Counted from the stretch's first letter, positions 18,983 through 28,977 are shown. The stretch is DNA of 64,000 nucleotides from an uncultured Fibrobacterota bacterium (GCA_964590225.1 CAZPWS010000013.1:2110-66109); one strand, 5' to 3'. The notes: a model not told the origin generated them from the letters alone. Numbers and translations: made by a program.

Positions 18983-19903
18983 CTAACAATTTGCAGCAAA
19001 CCATTTCCATGTCAACTCTATGCCACGGCTTAATGAGGTAATGTTACCAGTGTCGAAAAAACTATTAAGTACTTTTGTTGAGCCTACCATGGTGCTCGCA
19101 TCCCCTCTGCGTAATTTTTTTGTATATCTAATGTCTTTTTTTATGTTGGATACTTCCATCAATGTTTCGGCGATTCGCCGTATCGAAACACTGTTTCCCG
19201 AACAAACATTAGTTACTGCACCACTAAAATCGCCTTTTATAACAAACTTGGTAATTGCCCGAACCGCATCTTTTACAAAAAAGAGGTCTCGCCGCTCTTT
19301 ACCAGTTCCAATTACCTCAAGTTTTCTTTCCTTGCTTAACAACTTTTGCATAAGATCATAAACAACCTGTTTACGCTGGCGTGGACCATACAAAGGGAAA
19401 AGCCTAACTACCCCTATTTTCATATTATAAACAGATGAATAAACGCGACCATATAATTCAACCCCAGCTTTTGATACACCGTAAGGAGATATTGGCGAAA
19501 CAGGATCACTCTCTTTCATAATATTTTTGCACTCGCCTAAAACAGCCGCTGATGAAAAGAGTAGGATTTTGGGGCGTTTCGACATACACCTAACTGTTTC
19601 AAGTAGGTTTACTGTTACATCAAGATTATTTCTAAAATCGTATAATGGATTTGTCACAGAATGAGGTATATAGGCAGATGCCGCGGCATGAATTACAACA
19701 TCAAAGCGCCCTTTTTTCAATACTGAGAGCGCATCTTTCTCCCACAATGTCATCTTATGAAAACGAAATCTACCTAATCCCTTTATATTCTCATATTTCC
19801 CCGTTGATAGATTGTCTATAATAGTAACTTTATGCTGTTTTAACAACTCTTCGACAAGATGGGATCCTAAAAATCCCGCGCCTCCTGTTATAAGAAAATT
19901 CAT
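18983..19903 (-). CDS. NAD-dependent sugar-nucleotide epimerase/dehydratase (extended SDR)
   Basis: ITGGAGFLGSHL and YGVSK (YxxxK) motifs. 4-nt overlap with gmhA. Confidence 0.8.
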   Translation of the reverse strand: MNFLITGGAGFLGSHLVEELLKQHKVTIIDNLSTGKYENIKGLGRFRFHKMTLWEKDALSVLKKGRFDVVIHAAASAYIPHSVTNPLYDFRNNLDVTVNLLETVRCMSKRPKILLFSSAAVLGECKNIMKESDPVSPISPYGVSKAGVELYGRVYSSVYNMKIGVVRLFPLYGPRQRKQVVYDLMQKLLSKERKLEVIGTGKERRDLFFVKDAVRAITKFVIKGDFSGAVTNVCSGNSVSIRRIAETLMEVSNIKKDIRYTKKLRRGDASTMVGSTKVLNSFFDTGNITSLSRGIELTWKWFAANC

Positions 19904-20526
19904 TTTATTAGAAGCTCTTCAACCGCCATACAAATGGTGTGATATATCGGAAGGTGTCTCTCCTGTATTTCGGGAGTGGATTTTCCTGGAGCATTAATAA
20001 GAATGTCGGTATATTTAGCAAGCTTACCACCGCCATTACCTGTTAGGGATATTACCATCATCTGCCTTGCGCGTGCTGTCATGGCTGCGTACAATACATT
20101 AGAAGAATTTCCCGAAGTACTTACGCACAAAAGAACATCTCCTTCCCTTCCAATGGCATTTACTGCTTGCGCAAATGCAAGTTCATAAGAAACATCATTG
20201 GCGAACGCTGTATTAAGCCCCGTAAATGATGGTATGGATATGGCACGAAACCCAACTTGGAGATTTGTCGAAATAAAACTTCCTTCTTCGCCATATAGTT
20301 CAGCAAACTTCTCACATAATTGTTTTGATATTGGACGCTTTTTCATAAATCCCTTAAGGAATTCCGTTGCTATATGGTCGCTATCCGCAGCACTGCCACC
20401 ATTACCACAGATAAGTAACTGACGATCATTCTGAAACGCCAAATGGATAGCGTTAACCGCCTCTCTTATTACCGGTTCCATAATGGCAAGATCATGATAC
20501 TTCGTTATGAGATTATTAATTATCAT
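19900..20526 (-). CDS. gmhA: SIS-domain D-sedoheptulose-7-phosphate isomerase
   Basis: CGNGGSAADSDH, VSTSGNSSNV and IQERH motifs typical of GmhA. Confidence 0.75.
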   Translation of the reverse strand: MIINNLITKYHDLAIMEPVIREAVNAIHLAFQNDRQLLICGNGGSAADSDHIATEFLKGFMKKRPISKQLCEKFAELYGEEGSFISTNLQVGFRAISIPSFTGLNTAFANDVSYELAFAQAVNAIGREGDVLLCVSTSGNSSNVLYAAMTARARQMMVISLTGNGGGKLAKYTDILINAPGKSTPEIQERHLPIYHTICMAVEELLIK

Positions 20527-21496
20527 TATTTATCCTATCAAAGAAACTATTTAGATCTGCCTCAAGCTTTTCAATTATGGCGAGAGGTAATTCTTCCGCT
20601 TCGCTCGCGCGCACATTCTCAAGTATCTGGCCGGCGGTTTTACTTCCGCATATTACTGAGGACACTTCGCGCCTTGAAAGAACATATTTAAGACAAAACT
20701 GAGCCATTGTAAGGCCAAGCTCAACTGTATAACCAAAAAGGTAGTCGGCAACATCTATCGCCTGATGAAGTCTCTTTCTGGGATAAAGCAGAGAGCGAAA
20801 ATCATTAGCCTCAAAAAAAGAATTCTTGTTGTACTTACCCGAAAGCACACCAGAAGCAAGCGGGGATTTTATTAATAAACCAAGATCTTCATTTTCGCAT
20901 TCAGGAAACAGATCGGACACAGCAGAGCGTTCCCAAGCACTATACTCAGCTTCAATTATATCACCAAACCCACTTTCAATAAGCTTTCTTCCTTGTTCCG
21001 CTCCGGTTACCGAGGCGCCGTAAAAACGGATTTTCCCATCAGCTTTAAGCTTGTTAAGCACAGAAAAAACATCGTCGCTAAAAACAAAATCATCATCAGG
21101 GGTGTGGAGCATATAAATGTCAATAAAGTCCGTACCGAGCCGTTTTAAACTCGCTTCGCACGCATTTGTTATCCAATCAGGTGTAAAGTCCTTGATCCAG
21201 CGATTTTCATCGCCTCTATTCCCAACCTTTGCAGCCAATATTACTTTTTCACGCCTTCCATCAATAGCCTTTCCAATAACCTCCTCCGCGTGGCCATAAC
21301 CATATATGTCTGCCGTGTCAATCAGATTTATACCCGCATCAAGTGCCACCTTTATTGCCTTAATTGAATTACGATCGTCAACATCACCGCGTCCAAATTG
21401 ATACCCTCCAAGAACAAATGGGCCACCCATAGTGATCGTGCCGAGAGCAATTTCAGAAACAGTTAATCCTGTTCTACCAAGGGTTCGGTATTTCAT
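20516..21496 (-). CDS. aldo/keto reductase
   Basis: YRTLGRTGLTVSEIALGT N-terminus and DTADIYG motif. Confidence 0.85.
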   Translation of the reverse strand: MKYRTLGRTGLTVSEIALGTITMGGPFVLGGYQFGRGDVDDRNSIKAIKVALDAGINLIDTADIYGYGHAEEVIGKAIDGRREKVILAAKVGNRGDENRWIKDFTPDWITNACEASLKRLGTDFIDIYMLHTPDDDFVFSDDVFSVLNKLKADGKIRFYGASVTGAEQGRKLIESGFGDIIEAEYSAWERSAVSDLFPECENEDLGLLIKSPLASGVLSGKYNKNSFFEANDFRSLLYPRKRLHQAIDVADYLFGYTVELGLTMAQFCLKYVLSRREVSSVICGSKTAGQILENVRASEAEELPLAIIEKLEADLNSFFDRINNDN

Positions 21497-21503
21497 TTAT
21501 TGA

Positions 21504-24500
21504 CTACCCATGACATTTTTTAAATTTTTTTCCCGACCCGCAGGGACAAGGATCATTTGGTCCCACTTTGGGAGGAGCAATTACCGGCCTTTGCGGGCCA
21601 TGATTTTGAGCATGCGCCCTTGATTCAGCTGAAGACTCCGAATCATTCCCTGTACTTCTATTAGTTCCATGATCCCTAATAGCATTTGATGCTTCCGCCT
21701 TAGAAAAACGGACATTAACAAGCGACTGCGTTCCTCGCTTTTCCTCAACAGTGAATGTAGTATTATAAATCTTCTCTAATGAAGATCTTTGTACTTTGCT
21801 AAGCAACGCCTCAAACATACGGAAACCCTCTTTTTTGTATTCAACAAGGGGATCCTTCTGCCCGTAAGCCTGAAAATTAATGCCTTCACGGAGGCAGTCC
21901 ATATCATAAAGGTGATCCTTCCAAAGATCATCAATTGTTCGGAGTATATGTATTCTTCTTATTTTATCAAATAGATTATTATCTATCGAATCGACAAACT
22001 TTTTCCTTTCGGCAAGATACTCTTCTGCTTTATTGACAAGCAAATCAAGCATTTCCTCCAGCGATAGATTATGTTGTTCGTCAACTGTTATAGACAAAAC
22101 CGATAAAAGCTCACCATTCAAACCATCCCAGTCCCATTCTGAACTCGGAACATTTTCACCGCAATACTGAAACAGTACATCTTCAAGATACCCCTCAATT
22201 GTTTCCCTCATTACAGAATCGATATTTTCGCCCGTAAGTGCCGCTTTTCTTCGCTTATAAATCTCCGTTCGCATGATATTCATGACATTATCGTACTCAA
22301 GCAAGTGCTTACGGATTTCAAAATTTCGCGCTTCAACCCGTTTCTGTGCTCTTTCAACAGATTTTGTAATCCACGGATGAATTATCGGCTCGTCTTCCTT
22401 CATTCCAAGCCTATCCATAATGCGGGCAATACGATCCGAACCAAAAAGCCGCATAAGATCATCCTCAAGCGAGAGATAAAATAGCGATGCCCCTGGATCT
22501 CCCTGTCTGCCCGCCCTTCCTCGTAGCTGCCTGTCAATACGCCTGCTCTCATGCCGCTCTGTTCCGATTACAAAAAGCCCTCCTTCAGCACCATTCTTAA
22601 CACCATCTCCATTAACATATTTAACCACTCCGCTTCCAAGCTTAATGTCTGTGCCACGACCAGCCATGTTAGTCGCTATCGTCACCGCACCAAATTGACC
22701 AGCTTGTGTAACAATTTCTGCTTCCCGTTCATGATGGCGGGCGTTTAATACCTGACATCTGACACCTTGTCTTTTAAGCATTGCAGCAATAAATTCGGAA
22801 ACCTCCACGCTTATGGTTCCAACAAGTACTGGTCTTCCTATGTCATTAAGCTCTTTGATTTTAGCAATAAGAGCCTTATATTTTTCCTTTCTTGTTTTAT
22901 ATACCATATCATCGTAATCAGCCCGTCTGATGCTATCATTTGTGGGAATAACTACAACTTCAAGCTTGTAAATTTCCCAAAATTCATTTTCTTCTGTTTC
23001 GGCGGTTCCCGTCATGCCAGCAAGCTTTTCGTACATTCTGAAATAATTCTGGAGAGTTACCGAAGCGAGCGTCTGACTCTCCCTCTGTACCTTAACCCCC
23101 TCCTTAGCCTCAATTGCCTGATGCAATCCATCCGAATAACGGCGACCTTCAAGAGGACGACCTGTATGCTCGTCGATAATGATAATCCTATCATCCTGCA
23201 CCATGTACTCAACATCTTTTTCGTACAGCGAGTAGGCTCTGAGCAACTGGGAAATCACATGGATTCGCTCGCTTCTATCCTGATGTTTTTTATGAATTTC
23301 TTCCTTAGCCTTAAGTTTATCTATTTCACTAATTTTAACATCATTACTAATTTTAACAAGCTCATCTGACAAATCTGGAAGGAGAAAGAGATCCTTATCT
23401 CCTTGATTACCCGCAAGGATTTCCCGCCCTTTTTCGGTTAAATCTGCGCTATGATTCTTTTCATTGATGTTAAAGAAGTTTTTCTCTTCGAGTTCATGTG
23501 TCCTTTTTTCCCGTATGTAATAGTTTTCAGCTTGCTCACAAAGGGCTTTCATTCCCGTCTCGTTGAAGATTTTCATAAGCTGTTTATGCTTTGGGCCTCC
23601 AAGCTTGGCCTGAAAAAGCTTTTCGCCCGCCTGCAATCGGATTTCTTCTGTAACAGCCTCTTTGGCAAGCAACGCTTTGGCTTCAGCAATAAGCTCATTA
23701 TTAAAATGATTCTGCCTTTCGTAAAGTTTCTTTACGAGTGGACTAAGCTGATTATACGACTCCATCGTAACATTTATTGTGCCGGAAATAATCAGCGGTG
23801 TTCTCGCTTCATCAACGAGAACAGAGTCAACTTCATCCACTATTGCGTAATAAAATGGCCTTTGGACAAGATCGTCTATATCAACCGCCATATTGTCACG
23901 CAGGTAATCAAAACCAAACTCATTATTGGTTCCATAAGTAATGTCACATGCATAATTTTTCCGTCTTGTATCGCTGCTCATATTATTAAGTATGACACCA
24001 ACGCTTAAACCGAGAAATCTATGGATCTGACCCATCCATTCTGAATCTCTTTGGGCAAGATAGTCATTAACGGTTACTACATGAACGCCCCTACCGGTAA
24101 GGGCATTAAGATAAGTAGGCATGACAGCAACCAGCGTTTTTCCTTCTCCTGTTGCCATTTCTGCAATTTTACCCTGATGAAGAGCGATACCTCCTATAAG
24201 CTGCACATCATAAGGCACCATTTCCCACCTGATGTTGTGATTTACAACCCTCCACTCCTTGCCTACATGACGGCGGCATGCCTCTTTAACAACAGCAAAG
24301 GCTTCGGGTAAAATATCATCGGTGGATTCACCCTTGGCAATCCGCTCTTTAAAAAGCGCAGTTTTTGCTCTTAATTCTTCGTCGGACAAACGGTTAAGAG
24401 TTGAAAATTCATCATTTATCTTTTTTACTAATGGCGCAACTCTTTTAATAAACCGCTCATGTTTTGACCCAAAAAGTCTTGTAAGTATTTTACTTATCAT
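21504..24500 (-). CDS. secA: preprotein translocase ATPase SecA
   Basis: 998 aa. MATGEGKT Walker A, the DEVDS box and a C-terminal zinc finger CPCGSGKKFKKCHG. Confidence 0.97.
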   Translation of the reverse strand: MISKILTRLFGSKHERFIKRVAPLVKKINDEFSTLNRLSDEELRAKTALFKERIAKGESTDDILPEAFAVVKEACRRHVGKEWRVVNHNIRWEMVPYDVQLIGGIALHQGKIAEMATGEGKTLVAVMPTYLNALTGRGVHVVTVNDYLAQRDSEWMGQIHRFLGLSVGVILNNMSSDTRRKNYACDITYGTNNEFGFDYLRDNMAVDIDDLVQRPFYYAIVDEVDSVLVDEARTPLIISGTINVTMESYNQLSPLVKKLYERQNHFNNELIAEAKALLAKEAVTEEIRLQAGEKLFQAKLGGPKHKQLMKIFNETGMKALCEQAENYYIREKRTHELEEKNFFNINEKNHSADLTEKGREILAGNQGDKDLFLLPDLSDELVKISNDVKISEIDKLKAKEEIHKKHQDRSERIHVISQLLRAYSLYEKDVEYMVQDDRIIIIDEHTGRPLEGRRYSDGLHQAIEAKEGVKVQRESQTLASVTLQNYFRMYEKLAGMTGTAETEENEFWEIYKLEVVVIPTNDSIRRADYDDMVYKTRKEKYKALIAKIKELNDIGRPVLVGTISVEVSEFIAAMLKRQGVRCQVLNARHHEREAEIVTQAGQFGAVTIATNMAGRGTDIKLGSGVVKYVNGDGVKNGAEGGLFVIGTERHESRRIDRQLRGRAGRQGDPGASLFYLSLEDDLMRLFGSDRIARIMDRLGMKEDEPIIHPWITKSVERAQKRVEARNFEIRKHLLEYDNVMNIMRTEIYKRRKAALTGENIDSVMRETIEGYLEDVLFQYCGENVPSSEWDWDGLNGELLSVLSITVDEQHNLSLEEMLDLLVNKAEEYLAERKKFVDSIDNNLFDKIRRIHILRTIDDLWKDHLYDMDCLREGINFQAYGQKDPLVEYKKEGFRMFEALLSKVQRSSLEKIYNTTFTVEEKRGTQSLVNVRFSKAEASNAIRDHGTNRSTGNDSESSAESRAHAQNHGPQRPVIAPPKVGPNDPCPCGSGKKFKKCHG

Positions 24501-24973
24501 TTAATCTCCGGTGGCACAATATCAAATGTGGAAAATTCCAAACCAGCAAGCCGCCCCTTTCTAATAAGCGAATCTATCTTTTCGGTAAGCTCAAGCCTAA
24601 CTTCATCCATTGCTATTTGGGACGGTGTTAATTTTGCAAATACGAGTTTTGTAAGATAGCCAATTCCCTCTTCCTTTTCGATAATCTCCGTCTTTAAAGA
24701 ATCTGCTTCATAAAGAAGCGTTAATCCAACCTGAACAAAAAACCCCATCGAATCTGCCGTACGACAAAGAATGGGGCTCAACGATACAGTATTTTTTTCT
24801 ATAACATCCATCGACTCTTTTTTCTTTACAGAAAATCCACTGCTGTCTAATGAAACCTTTGCCGTATTAAAATCAACTATCGTAACAGCCATGTTTTTAT
24901 TAATGCGTAAAACCAAAAAGATACTTACCCCTATCACAATTGTTAAAACACACAAAACAAACGGCTTAGCCAT
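24497..24973 (-). CDS. single-pass membrane protein with FliL-like sequence pattern
   Basis: N-terminal TM. FFVQVGLTLLYEADS...LTPSQI...EKIDSLI...GLEFSTFDIV mirrors the FliL family pattern (conserved block, then a C-terminal VLFTxF-like motif). The ATGA-type 4-nt overlap sits at the stop (24497-24500), with the start of secA, the next gene downstream. Confidence 0.35.
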   Translation of the reverse strand: MAKPFVLCVLTIVIGVSIFLVLRINKNMAVTIVDFNTAKVSLDSSGFSVKKKESMDVIEKNTVSLSPILCRTADSMGFFVQVGLTLLYEADSLKTEIIEKEEGIGYLTKLVFAKLTPSQIAMDEVRLELTEKIDSLIRKGRLAGLEFSTFDIVPPEIK

Positions 24974-24978
24974 TTTAC

Positions 24979-25305
24979 TTATCTGACCAATTTTGCTCTT
25001 ACCGGAACGCCTTTACTATACGAATCAACAATAGCAGCCATCGCGTTTCTTTTACTATTGTCCATGTCTTCGTAATGAAATCCAGCATGCCACTCACCCT
25101 TCGAAACAGGCTTTACATACACAACCGATGATTTTATCTGAAGCTGATTACGACTGTTTTCGATTACAAGAAGGACATCTCTCCCCTGAGCAACACCTGT
25201 AGTATCCTTTAATAAGAGAGCGATTCCTGTTTCACTGATATCAATGGGCGCATTGTCGTCCAGAGTTAAATGCTGAATTCTATCAGCTTTTCGAATTTCT
25301 GCCAT
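24979..25305 (-). CDS. stand-alone PilZ-like domain protein
   Basis: 108 aa. RKADR (RxxxR) then DISETG (DxSxxG) 12 residues later, with a C-terminal HAGFHYEDM beta-barrel-like pattern. The spacing is shorter than canonical. Confidence 0.45.
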   Translation of the reverse strand: MAEIRKADRIQHLTLDDNAPIDISETGIALLLKDTTGVAQGRDVLLVIENSRNQLQIKSSVVYVKPVSKGEWHAGFHYEDMDNSKRNAMAAIVDSYSKGVPVRAKLVR

Positions 25306-25342
25306 ATAACAATCTCCATATGAAACCGTTTATACAATATCT

Positions 25343-26386
25343 TCAGCTGGCGCTGAAGACAATAGGCCATTCGATTGTCAGCTTTCCGGAAGCAGTGCCA
25401 AACCGAATCCGTTCTACATAACGAATAAGGTTCCGCTCCAACTCCTTATCGTTAAGTTCCGAAGAGACGACGCTAACACTGGAAACAGAGCCATCCGGTT
25501 CTATAGTAAGTTTAAATACAATTTTACCGGAAAGATCGGGGTTTCTTTTAAGAAAATCCTCATATACTTTTTTCAGCCGCGGCTGAAACCGTTGCAAAAC
25601 CGAATTGAGTGTTTTAATGTCGCGACTCGCTTCATTTGCGGCATCCCCCTCAATGTTTTCAAGCTTTGACATGGCCACCTGTCCTTCACTCTTAAGGGTT
25701 CCCGCTGCTGCTGCTGTTAGGCCGGATGTGCCTATTGTTCCCCCTTCGCTTCTTTCTCCACGACGCCCACCAAGCTTTTCTGCGAGATTTTCGCTCTTTC
25801 TTTCGGCAAAAGACTCACCGCTAAGCGATAAATTCGAAATTGAAGCCGTTGCATCTGCATCTCCCAAAAGATCCTGTACAACCCTGCCACTGCCCTTGCC
25901 TCCGGAAGAACCCGCGGTAAGCTCCGCGAATAATCCAACATTTTCAAGCTGTTTCTTCATTGCCTCCCGCTTTTCCGCCCTCTGTTGCGTAGTTGCCTCT
26001 TTTCTCACTTTCTTCTCTTCAACAGTTTCCTGCTGCCGCTCCTCCTCTTTTTTCTCTTCCTCTTCCACCTTTTTGGTCACAGCCATATCTTCGACCTTTG
26101 CCGCTTCCTCAACTTTCTTTTCTTTCTTTTCTATCGGCTGATTGAGAACAAGGCGGGCATATCTTTCCTGCATCCGTTCCATATCCTCATTCGATACTTC
26201 AGGCGGTTCCTGAAGTGCGCCCACAATAAAAAGAGGAATTATTACAGCAGCACATATAAGCAGTACACGAATAAACCTGCGATCGAGAGACTGAAAAAAT
26301 CCCTGCTTCAGCTCCGAAGGAAATGCCCCCCTTCTCACAGCCACACCCATCGATGTAAAGGTCAAATTATCCATTTTTATAGCCAA
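25343..26386 (-). CDS. TonB/TolA-like protein with an AgmX/PglI-type C-terminal domain
   Basis: N-terminal TM anchor, a long Lys/Glu-rich linker, and a C-terminal VYEDFLKRNPDLSGKIVFKLTIEPDGSV...IEWPIVF block (TonB-C-like). The track start is TTG; an ATG at 26374 is an alternative. Confidence 0.6.
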   Translation of the reverse strand: MAIKMDNLTFTSMGVAVRRGAFPSELKQGFFQSLDRRFIRVLLICAAVIIPLFIVGALQEPPEVSNEDMERMQERYARLVLNQPIEKKEKKVEEAAKVEDMAVTKKVEEEEKKEEERQQETVEEKKVRKEATTQQRAEKREAMKKQLENVGLFAELTAGSSGGKGSGRVVQDLLGDADATASISNLSLSGESFAERKSENLAEKLGGRRGERSEGGTIGTSGLTAAAAGTLKSEGQVAMSKLENIEGDAANEASRDIKTLNSVLQRFQPRLKKVYEDFLKRNPDLSGKIVFKLTIEPDGSVSSVSVVSSELNDKELERNLIRYVERIRFGTASGKLTIEWPIVFSAS

Positions 26387-26899
26387 TTACTCATTTTTAT
26401 AAACAACCATCTGCATATTTGGAAAACCAGCCTGTCCGCATGTAAACATTACCTTAGTTAAAACATCGTAAGAAACGGAAGTGTCCGCCTGTATGTTAAC
26501 ATCTCCCTTAAATTCCTCTTTAAAAAGCTCCGAGGCCTTTCGTGCCTGTTCTGCATAGTTCTTAAGCACTTCGTCAAGTTTGGGGATTAGAAAACCCTTC
26601 TGCTCCTTAACTTCATTCGTTGATATTATAAACTTCCCTTCAACCTGAACTGCCCCTGGCCGCATCTTTCCACCTTCAAGGTGATCCATCGATATTTCGA
26701 GACCTATGGCCTGAACAGCTGTTGAATCGACAGACGCACCTGGAATAGTTAAGCCTTTTGCCGGAGCAACAAGTTGCCCTTGAGCAGAAAAGCTTTTTAG
26801 CAAGAAGACAAGTATAATAGTAAACATATCCATCATACTTGTAATATTTAGCTTTGCCTCTCCCGAGCCTCTTTTCCGTCTTTTTGAAAAGCCAGCCAT
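26387..26899 (-). CDS. ExbD/TolR-family biopolymer transport protein
   Basis: LNITSMMDMFTIILVFLL TM motif followed by a periplasmic domain. There is a 1-nt gap to the upstream gene. Confidence 0.85.
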   Translation of the reverse strand: MAGFSKRRKRGSGEAKLNITSMMDMFTIILVFLLKSFSAQGQLVAPAKGLTIPGASVDSTAVQAIGLEISMDHLEGGKMRPGAVQVEGKFIISTNEVKEQKGFLIPKLDEVLKNYAEQARKASELFKEEFKGDVNIQADTSVSYDVLTKVMFTCGQAGFPNMQMVVYKNE

Positions 26900-26900
26900 A

Positions 26901-28178
26901 TTAACGCATCACTCCCATAGAAACAACAGGGAAAAGAGGTATCTTGACCCCTTCTTCCGTCTTTATGTTTCGCGCAGCATCCATTACAGCTATAACTGTC
27001 TGGTATTTTATGCTATTATCCGCCAGTATTTTTACATTGTAAAGATCTTTATAATCTTTAAATTCTTTCGATTGAATCGCGTCAACATAACTGTTTGAGA
27101 GTGACACAAAATCGCCACTGTTCCTCATAAGAAGCAAGCGAAGCACTTCCACCTTTAGCTCTTTAAGGGCTGTTGTTAATTTATCGTAATCATATTGGCC
27201 CTGTTTAGTCAATTTTATTTCCGGTTCAGCTTCTTGCGACAACTCAATTACGCCTTTTTTCAATGAATGCACAAGCGTAAAACCCTTCTCAGTAATAATG
27301 AGTCCAAGATCAAGCGTTTTGGGTGGAACAGAGTTATCCTCGCCACCATCGCCCGAAGCAGCAGATGACTGCGGAAGATTTACGGTTGCCCTTCCAACTT
27401 TAACAAACTCAGCAGAAGAAAGCAGAAGAGGAATTAAAACTACCATAAGTCCCATTATAGGAACCATATTCGGTTCCGTCTCGACAGCCTCTTTGGTCTT
27501 TTTCTCAGAGGCCTTATAATTCTTTGAAAGGCGCTCATCAGGAACCAGCGTTTTTATAAGTGGCGCAGTAGCTTCATCAATATCTGCAACTATTTTATCA
27601 ACGAGATTTCTATAGTAAGTGTAAAAAAGAATACATGGTATGGCAACGATTAAACCAAATAGAGTCGTATTCATGGCAGCTGAAATACCATTGGCAAGCA
27701 TGGAGCTTTTTATTGCCGGTTCGATATCTGGTGCGCCTACCGCAGAAAAGGAGAGTATCAGGCCGTAAATTGTTCCCATAAGACCAACAAGGGTGGCTAT
27801 ATTGGCAAACATGGCTATAAACGCCAGATCCTTTTCGAGTCGCGGTATGGTTGAGATAGTTCGCTCTTCAACAATTCCTCTAACATGCTTGTAATCGACA
27901 GCGGCAGTTTCTATAGCCCCCTTAACTATCCACGGTAGCGCTCTTCGGCCTCCAGAATCACAAAGCGAAATTGCGCTTTCCGGCTTCCCTTCACGAATAT
28001 CTTGCAATATCCTTAACATAAAAAGCTTGGCATTGATATTACTGCTTTTGGAAAGGAAGATGCCTCTCTTAACAATAAATAGAGCCGCCAATAGCGTAAG
28101 GAAAACAAGAATCCACATGAAAATGAACCCTGCCTGAGACGGAAGGAATGATAAAAGAAGCTGCTCCGTAAAACTCAT
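26901..28178 (-). CDS. MotA/TolQ/ExbB proton-channel domain fused to a C-terminal ExbD/TolR-like domain
   Basis: N-terminal 220 aa carry GTIYGLILSFSAVG...MNTTLFGLIVAIPCILFY (ExbB family). The C-terminal 200 aa carry PNMVPIMGLMVVLIPLLL plus an ExbD-like periplasmic domain. Confidence 0.7.
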   Translation of the reverse strand: MSFTEQLLLSFLPSQAGFIFMWILVFLTLLAALFIVKRGIFLSKSSNINAKLFMLRILQDIREGKPESAISLCDSGGRRALPWIVKGAIETAAVDYKHVRGIVEERTISTIPRLEKDLAFIAMFANIATLVGLMGTIYGLILSFSAVGAPDIEPAIKSSMLANGISAAMNTTLFGLIVAIPCILFYTYYRNLVDKIVADIDEATAPLIKTLVPDERLSKNYKASEKKTKEAVETEPNMVPIMGLMVVLIPLLLSSAEFVKVGRATVNLPQSSAASGDGGEDNSVPPKTLDLGLIITEKGFTLVHSLKKGVIELSQEAEPEIKLTKQGQYDYDKLTTALKELKVEVLRLLLMRNSGDFVSLSNSYVDAIQSKEFKDYKDLYNVKILADNSIKYQTVIAVMDAARNIKTEEGVKIPLFPVVSMGVMR

Positions 28179-28193
28179 TATACAACAGCCTGT

Positions 28194-28961
28194 TTACAGG
28201 TTGATTTCCTTGATAAGTGTATTATCGGTAAATATTTTGATATTGCCATGAGTTACATGGATCCCTATACCTTCTTTAACTTGTGCAGTACTTATATGAT
28301 ACTTATATGTTTTCCTTGATCGTTCTGTAAGCACATTGGCAAGTTTTAGCCCGAATTCGTCAATATCGTCTATGATTTTTTGCGTTATATTGTGATAAAA
28401 AGTAAATACGACAATTGAAGGAATAGCTATGGCAAGGCCAGCCAGCGTCGTATTCATAGCGGCGGATATACCCTGAGCGAGAAGCGTGGATTTCTGTGCC
28501 GGATCGATTCCGGGAGCGCCTACCGCAGCGAAAGATACTATAAGGCCATAAATAGTTCCCATAAGACCTACAAGTGTTGCCACATTTGCCGTCATAGCAA
28601 GATAATTAGTACGCTGTTCAAGCATAGGTACTGTACCAAGCGTCCGTTCTTCAAGAGCGGCTGTAATTTTTTCGGCTCCGTTCGCCGCGTTTTCAAGCCC
28701 CGCCTTTACAACCCGTGCAAGAGCCATGCCGCTATGCCTGTCGCACAACTTGATGGCCTCTGGTATGGAATCCTTCTTAATGAGATCGAATATCGATGCC
28801 ATAAAAAGGTTAGCCTTGCCTCCTGCCCGTCCAACGAGAAATATGCCCCTTTCAATCATTAGAGCTATCGAGAAAACAAAAAAGAGGAGCAGAACCCACA
28901 AAAAGCCATAGCCGGGCTCCGTCGCTGAAAAAGAGACCAAAAATTTTTGAAAGAAACTCAT
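28194..28961 (-). CDS. MotA/TolQ/ExbB-family proton channel protein
   Basis: GTIYGLIVSFAAVG...AMNTTLAGLAIAIPSIVVFTF. A paralog of the N-terminal half of the next gene downstream. Confidence 0.85.
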   Translation of the reverse strand: MSFFQKFLVSFSATEPGYGFLWVLLLFFVFSIALMIERGIFLVGRAGGKANLFMASIFDLIKKDSIPEAIKLCDRHSGMALARVVKAGLENAANGAEKITAALEERTLGTVPMLEQRTNYLAMTANVATLVGLMGTIYGLIVSFAAVGAPGIDPAQKSTLLAQGISAAMNTTLAGLAIAIPSIVVFTFYHNITQKIIDDIDEFGLKLANVLTERSRKTYKYHISTAQVKEGIGIHVTHGNIKIFTDNTLIKEINL

Positions 28962-28977
28962 TTACTTTACCTCCACC

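Noticed and set aside
22551-24504. Several plus-strand ORFs (up to 200 aa) inside secA
   Set aside because: Antisense to secA. The translations are hydrophobic/Phe-Ile-Asn-rich sequence generated by complementing Lys/Glu/Asn-rich codons, with no motifs.
25605-26461. 178-aa and 158-aa plus-strand ORFs opposite the TonB-like gene
   Set aside because: Ser/Phe/Leu low-complexity mirror of the Lys/Glu-rich linker on the coding strand. This is a compositional artefact.
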